Shown here piece after piece: positions 54,201-61,349 of a DNA stretch of 64,000 bases. The stretch is from Candidatus Dojkabacteria bacterium. GTDB lineage: Bacteria > Patescibacteriota > Dojkabacteria > SC72. The stretch is taken from contig JAGPFQ010000002.1 of NCBI GenBank assembly GCA_018056375.1, forward strand, positions 11,344-75,343. The letters run 5' to 3'. The notes beneath the pieces are model-generated. The model saw only the letters and a list, made by a program, of their open reading frames with translations, was not told the DNA's origin and made no database searches. Position numbers and translations under genes: made by a program. How positions within the stretch are numbered: position 1 is the first letter of the stretch; each line of letters opens with the position of its first letter.

Positions 54201-55540
54201 TGTGGTGGACAGTTTTTACCAGCATCATCAATATCCCATCCAAAATCATTGGCTAATCTGTCTCTGTAAGGTTTGGCAGTACAGTAATGAAGTCCTTGTG
54301 CACCAAGTAGTACATTTGATTGAACAGATTGTGCACTCCATTTTCTTAGTAATTTCTCATAGTTGTCCATTGAGAAAGAGGTATTCTCTAAAAGATTTCT
54401 AAAAGTCTTTACATTACTGATATTCCAATCAGATATGTCCTGATTGAATTGAGTAGCACTCCAGAACATACTGTTCATATCCTTTACACTTACAGTATTA
54501 AAGTGACTTACATCTTGGTTAAATGCATATGCCATCTGGAACATAGCTAACATGGTGGTTACTTTTGATGTGTCCCAGTCGGTTAATGGCTGGTTAAAAC
54601 GATGAGCTCTGTCAAACATTCTTTCCATATTAGTAGCACTCAAAGTTCTCCAACTACCAATTGGTTGATTGAAAGAAGCATTAGATCTAAACATACCGTA
54701 AAAGTCTTCGACATTTTGTACATTCCAATTGAGAGGTGTACCACTAGCTCCAGCAGGGTCTCCGTTGTTAAATCTTGAAGCAAAGAACATATCTCTAACA
54801 GTAGTAACATTGCCTAGGTTCCAATTAGTAAGGTTTTGGTTAAAAGCAGAAGTTTGGAAGAACATCTCAGACATATCGGTTACATTATCTGTTTTCCAGT
54901 TTCCAATTGGACTATTAAATTTAGGTGAACTCTTAAACATACCTTTCATGTTTTGTACATTGATAGTGTTCCATCCATTCATATATTCATTTCCTGTGAA
55001 GTTTGTATTGTTTGCAAAAGCAAAAGACATGTCAGTTACTCTTGATAGGTCAGGTAGGTCAGTGGCTGTTAGTTTTAAGTTAGGCATACCTTGGAAGGCA
55101 TTTTTGAAACTTGACCATTTGATATTTCCCCATTGCTTAATCTCTAGAAGCTTAGCTCTCTCATCGCCAGTGAGGCTAGGTGCATAGAAGGCTATGGGAG
55201 CAAAACTTTTGATACAAATGTTATACGTACCAGGAGTTGTATAGTCATGAGTAATCTTACCATCTACATCTACTAGTTGATCCATATTACCATCACAATT
55301 CCAGTCAACTAGATAGTAACCTGTTGAACCTGTTATTTGAAAGTTTAAGGATACTGTTGAATCAGTTGCCTCTTTTATATTGGTTTGCCATTTGGTTACA
55401 AACAGTTCAGGAGCATAGGCTTGAGTTGTAAATACACCATTTTTAATTAGTAGGGTAGTAAAGAGAGTAACTAGGAGGAAGGTTCCTAGAAGGAAGAGGA
55501 TTCTCTTTGTAGTCTGATGTAGGACAGTTTTTGTATTCAT
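51203..55540 (-). CDS. Giant cell-surface protein 2 (1445 aa), a paralog of protein 1 with the same architecture, fewer DUF285 repeats and 2 tandem Ig-like units
   Basis: The N-terminus MNTKTVLHQTTKRILFLLGTFLLVTLF is a signal anchor. DUF285 repeats and cadherin-like VKDIDDVGP are present. The C-terminal module is about 80 percent identical in protein to that of gene 3, and the 3'-end DNA is nearly identical. Confidence 0.85.
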   Translation of the reverse strand: MNTKTVLHQTTKRILFLLGTFLLVTLFTTLLIKNGVFTTQAYAPELFVTKWQTNIKEATDSTVSLNFQITGSTGYYLVDWNCDGNMDQLVDVDGKITHDYTTPGTYNICIKSFAPIAFYAPSLTGDERAKLLEIKQWGNIKWSSFKNAFQGMPNLKLTATDLPDLSRVTDMSFAFANNTNFTGNEYMNGWNTINVQNMKGMFKSSPKFNSPIGNWKTDNVTDMSEMFFQTSAFNQNLTNWNLGNVTTVRDMFFASRFNNGDPAGASGTPLNWNVQNVEDFYGMFRSNASFNQPIGSWRTLSATNMERMFDRAHRFNQPLTDWDTSKVTTMLAMFQMAYAFNQDVSHFNTVSVKDMNSMFWSATQFNQDISDWNISNVKTFRNLLENTSFSMDNYEKLLRKWSAQSVQSNVLLGAQGLHYCTAKPYRDRLANDFGWDIDDAGKNCPPHTIRLGDGEDEVNEHTKDVGNISAIDDENSPITYTLVPGEGDMDNSKFVLDLNSGHLSFLEEPDFEDPQDSYDPLDKNLYTIRVRATDDIGLYSEEVFIIKVKDIDDVGPVIRIIPGTKTKKGNITDTVFEVSDRFSIESVGLHASSVASIESGSIQCQGIRNTSSPDFPYRCDEPDPTNHLTIRCSVTITTSGTLVLYATDEAGYTTTAAEPGYVIDTKGPNFTVANVVIPPSGSIHNPTVKFKAEDPTGIQKYQITYGVPGNLTTIDIPEDLYSSDIISYDLSLDSSQPTHTIEITAYDNAGETLETSNSTSRRIAFPPVVEINAPHIISNGSPINDTTVTITTSDPAYLITSIDLSGPAAVGASLTGCDSLPYAGTFTCGITGIQNTGMLTVTAIETDGESWTQTGTNVQKYFHDTEAPDIIISPPIKQSNNDITNVEITVTDNVDLFASGVKVKTDSTTAGYKDFTCETDENDKSIVHCSLTITGSGKLVIEATDKAGNSFEKEENGFLVDKTPPPVTIDDDPVKVNLNNQSSYTLSGECSTSDGDVIVTIGTQPHLTMCMKGEVWELTTDLSAYPDGDIAVEAKQIDAVGNIGTANATLQKDTIAPTVTINSAIGQTDPTNLNPVKFIIAFSEPIVDTTFTTDDIVVTGSTTYQKGNLTKIDGSDTEYEFEVSNLTDGDTITVDIPAGVCTDPAGNENIASTSTDNSVTYDITAPTVTVNQADGQSDPTDIDEIRFTVVFSEPIKEETFCKTTLDISGSSTAIVSKITKVNDTTYTALVTGMVSGETVTLTLPANMVEDLASNRNKASTSTDNSVKYFVEEKKPEIPEPPKPIISKPIVKPRNPYNKFLNPIIKEEEETTTEEKIEEETSKTTEKITYPSLYKNLRVKVYDKDKKPIKGATVEIHSKVRREITDKNGEAYFKNVDIGQHTMIISYKGHTDEREIDLTNNVEEEIEVNVELKEVRRTNYWWIVLIVLLVILFGYIIYKKNKEDKN

Positions 55541-55575
55541 TTTTAGAAATTAATATATGTTAATTTTAATTATCT

Positions 55576-58491
55576 TTATTTATCTTCTTTCTTTTTGAAT
55601 ATGGCATACCCAATGAGTATTACTAGTATGACAACTATTCCAATTAACCAATAGTTTGGTTTACTTTCTTTTTCTAACTGTACATTAATCTCTATCTCTT
55701 CTCCTTCTTCACTGTCATTAGTTAAATCAATTGTTCTTTCATCCTTCTGTCCTTTGTAGGAGATTATCATGGTGTGTTTACCAACCTCTACATTCTCAAA
55801 GTATGCTTCTCCATTTGCATCTGTAATCTCTGTTCTAATCTTAGAATGTATTTCAACTTTTGCTCCTTTGATAGGTTTCTTGTCTTTGTCATATACCTTT
55901 ACCCTTAGGTCTTTGTAAAGAGTAGGGGTGGTTGATTTATCAATTATTTCAGATGTTTCACTCTTATCTTCTTCTTTCTCTTCTGTAGCATCTGTGGTTT
56001 CTGTCTGTTCCACGACAGGGTTAAGGTATTGAGCTATTAGATTTTTTGGTTTTGTAACAGGCTTTGGATCTGATGGTGTGGGAATGACTGGTTGTGTAGG
56101 TGGAGTAAGAGGTTTTTCTGGTGGAGTGTCTGGTGGTGTTACAGGAGGTGTTGTCTCATCTACATCTAATACATAGATATCAATTGTTTGTGTACTACTT
56201 AAAGATTCAAATCTTGGATTATCAGTTGCTGTAACCTCTACCACATATTTATTTGGAACATCTCCAGCCTGTGTTGGGTTCTCATAGTCTGGGGCAGAAA
56301 CAAAGTATAGTTTGCCCGTTGCTGGTTCAATGGTAAATTTACTTGCATCAGCACCACCTGTTATTGAGTAGGTATGTGTTTGTTTTGGTAATTGAGTATC
56401 TGTAGCAACTATCTGTCCTACATATGCCTCATTCTCATCTACAACAAATTCAGAATGTGTGGTGAATAGTGGAGCGGTGTTGTTTTCTTTACCAATCTCA
56501 AACATAACTTTGGTATCGAAAACTTCTCCAATACTTGTTGTGTAAACATCACTAAAATCAAAATACATTTTGTTGTACTGTGGTGCAGTAGAGGTGAAGT
56601 ATCTTGAATTGCTATTCCATCCCTCCAACACTGTCACATCAGAGAAGAACCCTGTGTCTTTTCCATAGACTACAGCTCTTCCTCCCATCTGATCTCCAAC
56701 ATAGTTTGTTTGAGAATGTGTACCTGCAACATTTTCTTTTACATAGAGAGGAGCTACCATTGAAGTGTCTGTAATCTGCCCTATAGAGTCGGTTCTGTTA
56801 ATTGGTACCATGAATAAATATGAATCTACTAAGTTTTCTACGGTTAACCAAGTTGTTTTCTGTGTTAAGTAGTTGTCTCTGTCAAAATGGAAAGTCCAAT
56901 GTTTTTCTGAAGTAGCAACATTTTCTCCTACATTTGAAAGTCCTTCAGGAGCGAATAGGTTGGAGTCTTGATAGATATCTAATTGTTTTGTTTTTCTAAA
57001 TCCAAACTCTGTGTAGTCAATTTCATGTCCATCTAGTTCGATAGAGAAATCTGTTAATAGTTCATCCCCGTGTGCAGCAGAACCCATAAAGTCTGAAGCA
57101 CCAGATATCCTTATGGCTGTCTCCCAGTTTCCTGATGTTACAATAGTTCTTTTTGTAGCAAAGTTTTCATCAGTTAGATATGTGCGTCCAAGTAACCATG
57201 AGTCTGCATTTGTAGAATCATTTACAATTCTGAAGAAATTGTAAGCTATATACTCAGTTCCATATGGTTTGTAGATTGTAATATCCTTGTCTTGAATGTT
57301 AAGCAACATATAGGAGCTATCTATTTGATTCTTGTATACCTTTGAGGTTGTACAGTTTACACAGTCCAGATCGTTGTTAATATCTGTGCTATATAAAGTA
57401 CCATTTGCCCAGGTATGAATGTTTACATTCTTTACAGAGGCATTAACGAAGGATGCTCCATATGTATTACCAATATTCCTTATGGAAATAGTTTCTATTA
57501 AAGCTGTACTTCCTTGTAGTACATCGTTGATATATAGCTCTACATTTGTTCCATTGATTAAAACCTTATACCTATTATATACAGCCTGATTAACAGGTGT
57601 TGAGGGGGTAAAGCTCATCCATGTTGAACTACTACCACGAATTGCAAATGTAGAAGAATTGTTCCAACCCATTGTCTGATTGCCACCTCCAGTTACTCCG
57701 AACAGACCAAGAGTTCCTTGATATGCAGAATCCATATCATTCCATTTTGCTTCAAACTCTATGTAGTCTCCATCATCTTGTAAGATATATGTTTTATCTA
57801 AAGTTGCATATGCATTGACCCCATTAAATTCAGTTGCTGTTTCTCCACTATCTACACCTAATTCTACTTGTACAATTCTATTTGTAGTTGCTGTATTACC
57901 TCCAGAATCTGTTGCAGTATATGTAATGTGATATCTTCCTGTTCTGTTTGTATCAACTGTTCCTGTTGCTGTGGCAGATAAATTATCATCTACATCATCA
58001 ACAACTGTTGCACCAGGGTCTACAAACTGTTCTCCTAATGGGATATTCATAAATGGATCTCCATTTAGTGTAATAACAGGGGGTTCATCAACAAAGGTTG
58101 TTGTACAGTTATGACAAGTTAGGTCATTGAAAATATTGGAGCTACTTAGAGTACCTAAAGCATCTGTGTGTATAGTGAAGTCTTTAACAGATGCATTTAC
58201 AAACCTAGTACTATATGCATTTGCTATATGTGATACATGAATAGGTTGAGCAAATGCTTTTGTTCCTCTTGTTACATCATCTATGAAGAGTTCAACACTT
58301 GCACCTGAGTTTGTAATTAACACCTTATACTTATGTAGCTCGGCTTGGTTTACACCATTTACAGTGTAGAAAAGCCAGTTACTACCATTATCACGCACAC
58401 CAAAGCTTGTGGCACTATGCCAACCTACAGTGTTTGGGAGAGTTCCACCAACTCCAAAGAGACCTAATGTTCCATTGTATGCAGAGCCCAT
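55576..58491 (-). CDS. Giant cell-surface protein 3 (at least 971 aa). It has two tandem lectin-like (LamG/ConA-like) modules, a large beta-rich domain, a cadherin-like domain and the shared C-terminal linker/CarboxypepD_reg/TM module. The annotated ATG is internal: the in-frame upstream region (to 58701) encodes the missing first module, and the signal-peptide start (ATG at 58709-58707) is out of frame by one base at an A6 tract
   Basis: Upstream in-frame codons read KITPILLAVIAIFTFYSVFETTTTSSIKKEALAGYTITEFNGVNAYAELGDTHILKDEGDYLEFTAKWNDM. These align with the second copy SGETATEFNGVNAYATLDKTYILQDDGDYIEFEAKWNDMDSAYQGTLGLFGV. ATG CTT AAA AAA TAA reads MLKK then stop, and one extra A in the tract would give MLKKITPILLAVIAIF.... 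Confidence 0.8.
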   Translation of the reverse strand: MGSAYNGTLGLFGVGGTLPNTVGWHSATSFGVRDNGSNWLFYTVNGVNQAELHKYKVLITNSGASVELFIDDVTRGTKAFAQPIHVSHIANAYSTRFVNASVKDFTIHTDALGTLSSSNIFNDLTCHNCTTTFVDEPPVITLNGDPFMNIPLGEQFVDPGATVVDDVDDNLSATATGTVDTNRTGRYHITYTATDSGGNTATTNRIVQVELGVDSGETATEFNGVNAYATLDKTYILQDDGDYIEFEAKWNDMDSAYQGTLGLFGVTGGGNQTMGWNNSSTFAIRGSSSTWMSFTPSTPVNQAVYNRYKVLINGTNVELYINDVLQGSTALIETISIRNIGNTYGASFVNASVKNVNIHTWANGTLYSTDINNDLDCVNCTTSKVYKNQIDSSYMLLNIQDKDITIYKPYGTEYIAYNFFRIVNDSTNADSWLLGRTYLTDENFATKRTIVTSGNWETAIRISGASDFMGSAAHGDELLTDFSIELDGHEIDYTEFGFRKTKQLDIYQDSNLFAPEGLSNVGENVATSEKHWTFHFDRDNYLTQKTTWLTVENLVDSYLFMVPINRTDSIGQITDTSMVAPLYVKENVAGTHSQTNYVGDQMGGRAVVYGKDTGFFSDVTVLEGWNSNSRYFTSTAPQYNKMYFDFSDVYTTSIGEVFDTKVMFEIGKENNTAPLFTTHSEFVVDENEAYVGQIVATDTQLPKQTHTYSITGGADASKFTIEPATGKLYFVSAPDYENPTQAGDVPNKYVVEVTATDNPRFESLSSTQTIDIYVLDVDETTPPVTPPDTPPEKPLTPPTQPVIPTPSDPKPVTKPKNLIAQYLNPVVEQTETTDATEEKEEDKSETSEIIDKSTTPTLYKDLRVKVYDKDKKPIKGAKVEIHSKIRTEITDANGEAYFENVEVGKHTMIISYKGQKDERTIDLTNDSEEGEEIEINVQLEKESKPNYWLIGIVVILVILIGYAIFKKKEDK

Positions 58492-58697
58492 ATCATTCCA
58501 TTTAGCTGTAAATTCTAAATAATCACCCTCGTCCTTTAGGATGTGTGTATCTCCTAATTCTGCATATGCATTTACACCATTAAATTCTGTTATGGTGTAT
58601 CCTGCTAGAGCCTCCTTTTTAATTGAGGAGGTGGTTGTTGTTTCAAAAACAGAATAGAAAGTAAATATTGCTATTACAGCAAGTAAAATAGGTGTTA

Positions 58698-58703
58698 TTT
58701 TTT
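58698..58703 (-). repeat. A6 homopolymer (T6 on the plus strand) at the junction between the signal-peptide start codon and the body of giant gene 3. It is a candidate slipped-strand phase-variation site or a homopolymer sequencing error
   Basis: Counted directly on the reverse complement: gttATGcttaaaaaataacacctatt. A6 leaves the ATG out of frame. A7 would fuse MLKK to ITPILLAVIAIFTFYSVF.... Confidence 0.6.
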
Positions 58704-58908
58704 AAGCATAACAGAGCAGTTAAAATTTATCTCTTATACATATTATATTGTAATGAAAATAGTATATTAGTCAAGCTTTTTATGATTGCTAGTTTGAATC
58801 CTTTCCTGTTATTCGGCCTAATTTAAGGAGTTGATTCCTCATTTTAGGCATAATTTATGTAGTTAGAGAAGGTTTGAATCTTTCAGGATTCTGTTCTATT
58901 ATAAACAA

Positions 58909-59856
58909 ATGTTAAAAGTAGAAACAAATAAAAATGTTATATTTCTTACACTCTTAATCAATTTTCTTTACCCTAAGGAAAAAGAACAATTTTATTTATA
59001 TACCAAGATTAAAGAGAAATTTGCCCAACTTATACCACAATCTTTCATAACTAATTTTAAGCATACATATGGCAAAGACAACCAACTATCAATTCTCTAT
59101 AAATACATTTGTTTATCAATATATTTAGACAGTAATTTTGATTTTGACTTCAAAGATGGTGAAGTCTATTCAGATAAATTTTCTAAAGATGTATCTTTTT
59201 TTAAAACACACCTAAAGAAATTGTATAGGAGTATAGATTTTGATTCTTTTTACAGCACAAATATAGAAAAGGAGTATAAGGAGTTATGTAAAAATATAGA
59301 AGAAATTTTTAACAGGAAACCAAATATATTAGATATTCTTTCTAATTATTGGGAATTAAACTATACTCCAGAATTTGTTTTCATTCCAAACTTTGTGGCT
59401 TTAGGAGATTGTTTTGGCTTGAACAGAGGAAGAAAGTTTTTTTCTGTAACATCTCCTAAGGTAAATAAGGTGACTGGTAAATCTGAGTACTATCCTGTTC
59501 ATGTATATTCTAATACTATCCATGAATTATCACATTCGTTTTTTGATGAAAAGATACATGTAAAATATTCTAAAAAGGAATTGATGGACAAGGTGGAGAA
59601 GTTGGGGTTGAATGAGGAGGTTTTGAGAGTGTATGGTTCGGCATATTTTGAAGAATGTTTTGTTCGAGCTGTTACTATGCGATTGAATGAAATTGTAAAT
59701 ATATATGATTTAGATGATAAAGGATTGAAAGAGAAAGTAAAGAACTATCTTTTGAGTAATGATAATTTAGGGTATCCATTGGTTAGGTTTTACTATGAAA
59801 AACTGATGAATAGGGAAGGTGAATCTTTGCAAGCGATTTTTGAATCTGTCTTGTAG
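58909..59856 (+). CDS. Hypothetical protein with an HExxH motif (TIHELSHSF), a putative zinc-dependent metallopeptidase-like protein
   Basis: A single HExxH motif sits in the C-terminal third and the N-terminus is hydrophobic. No family could be assigned. Confidence 0.4.
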   Translation: MLKVETNKNVIFLTLLINFLYPKEKEQFYLYTKIKEKFAQLIPQSFITNFKHTYGKDNQLSILYKYICLSIYLDSNFDFDFKDGEVYSDKFSKDVSFFKTHLKKLYRSIDFDSFYSTNIEKEYKELCKNIEEIFNRKPNILDILSNYWELNYTPEFVFIPNFVALGDCFGLNRGRKFFSVTSPKVNKVTGKSEYYPVHVYSNTIHELSHSFFDEKIHVKYSKKELMDKVEKLGLNEEVLRVYGSAYFEECFVRAVTMRLNEIVNIYDLDDKGLKEKVKNYLLSNDNLGYPLVRFYYEKLMNREGESLQAIFESVL

Positions 59857-59935
59857 TTAATGAGTAAATAACAATTAACTGATAGTAATTGTAAAGTATT
59901 AAGCAATATGCTTTCTTTAATACAGTAAAGCAAAA

Positions 59936-59965
59936 TTGACATACATACTCCTCATTTGATATACT
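59936..59965 (+). promoter_or_regulatory. Sigma70-type promoter for rpsA (TTGACA-N18-TATACT), with a short direct repeat atactcctca x2
   Basis: The hexamers were read directly. Its position argues that rpsA starts at the downstream ATG (60040) rather than at 59956. Confidence 0.5.
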
Positions 59966-60039
59966 CCTCACTGTTAGCAAATAATATTAGTTGTATGTCT
60001 ATCCAGCTAACAGGAAGGCATCACCAAAGGATAACCCCT

Positions 60040-61323
60040 ATGGCAGACACAAAAAAGGTTGCAAAAAAAGCAACAGAAAAAATAGATAAAAAAGATCTGT
60101 ATTCACAGATTGATAAGTTCCTCTCAGATGAAAGTAATCAAGTTAAAACCTTTAACAGAGGTGATATTGTTGAAGGAGATGTAGTTGATGTAAGAGAGGG
60201 AATGGTAATCGTTGATATCGGTTATAAATCCGAAGGTATTGTTGCAGGAAGAGAATTAAAGAGTGAGACATTAGATTGGAGAACTCTAAAACCAGGTGAC
60301 AAAGTATTGGTATATGTAGTTAAACCAGAAGATGAGGAAGGTCAGTTAATCCTCTCTATTAGAAGAACACAGCAAGCAAGTACATGGTTGACTCTTGATA
60401 AAGCTAAGAAGGAGAATGATATTGTAGAAACAGTTGTTGTTGAAGCAAATAATGGTGGTTTAATTGTTGAGATTGGTAAAGGTATTAGAGGTTTCATCCC
60501 AACATCACAACTTGATGCATCTAGAGTATATTTAGATGGTGTTAGACAAGTAGGAAAAGATATCTCATCCAAGGTACAGAAGAGATTAAACTCGTTGGTT
60601 GGAGACAAGATCCAGACAAGAATTATTGAATTAGACAGAGAAAAGAACAGAATTATCCTCTCTGAGAAGATGGTTACACAGTCAAGAGATTTGGAGCAGA
60701 GAGAGAAGACTTTGAGTAAAGTTAAGGAAGGTGATGTGTTGGAGGGAACAGTCAGTGGAATTACACCATTTGGTGTCTTTGTTAATGCAGAAGGACTTGA
60801 AGGATTGGTTCACCTCTCAGAACTTTCATGGGATAAGGTGGAGGATATTGGAAGTTTGTACAGTGTTGGTAGCAAGGTTAAGGTCATGGTAATTGGTGTC
60901 TCTGATGGTGGTAAGAGAGTAGCTTACAGTATTAAGAGATTACTTAAAGACCCATGGGCAGAAGCAATTGCTAAATACAAGATTGGGGATATTGTTCAAG
61001 GTAAGGTTCAGAAAGTTGTACCATATGGTGCATTTGTAAGAATAACTGGTGGTCTAAATGGTCTAATCCATATCTCTGAATTGTCAGATAAATTGGTTAA
61101 AGATCCTGCTGATATTGTTAAAGTTGGTCAAGAAGTTGATGTTAAGATTCTTTCCATTTCTTCCACAGAGAGACACTTAGGCTTAAGTCTTAAAGGAGCA
61201 AAGCAAGGTGTTGTTAAGGAAGAGAAAGAAGTCGTTGTTGAGGAGAAACCAGAGGTCACCCAAGAGGAATTAGCAGATGCAGTTGAGACAGCATTAGAAG
61301 AAGAGCTTGGGGAAAAGAAGTAA
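60040..61323 (+). CDS. rpsA: 30S ribosomal protein S1 (four S1 domains). The start is taken at MADTKK; the ORF track begins 28 codons upstream inside the promoter
   Basis: S1/OB motifs are repeated (GDIVEGDVVDV, GDVLEGTVSGITPFGVFV, GDIVQGKVQKVVPYGAFV). Confidence 0.85.
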   Translation: MADTKKVAKKATEKIDKKDLYSQIDKFLSDESNQVKTFNRGDIVEGDVVDVREGMVIVDIGYKSEGIVAGRELKSETLDWRTLKPGDKVLVYVVKPEDEEGQLILSIRRTQQASTWLTLDKAKKENDIVETVVVEANNGGLIVEIGKGIRGFIPTSQLDASRVYLDGVRQVGKDISSKVQKRLNSLVGDKIQTRIIELDREKNRIILSEKMVTQSRDLEQREKTLSKVKEGDVLEGTVSGITPFGVFVNAEGLEGLVHLSELSWDKVEDIGSLYSVGSKVKVMVIGVSDGGKRVAYSIKRLLKDPWAEAIAKYKIGDIVQGKVQKVVPYGAFVRITGGLNGLIHISELSDKLVKDPADIVKVGQEVDVKILSISSTERHLGLSLKGAKQGVVKEEKEVVVEEKPEVTQEELADAVETALEEELGEKK

Positions 61324-61349
61324 ACCTTCTCTTTATGGTATAATTAAGA

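Noticed and set aside
45210-55187. Numerous 60-220-aa ORFs on the plus strand inside the giant surface-protein genes (e.g. 45498..45827, 47466..48131, 51675..52028, 54729..55187)
   Set aside because: They are antisense shadows of long repetitive coding sequence. Their periodicity simply mirrors the sense-strand repeats.
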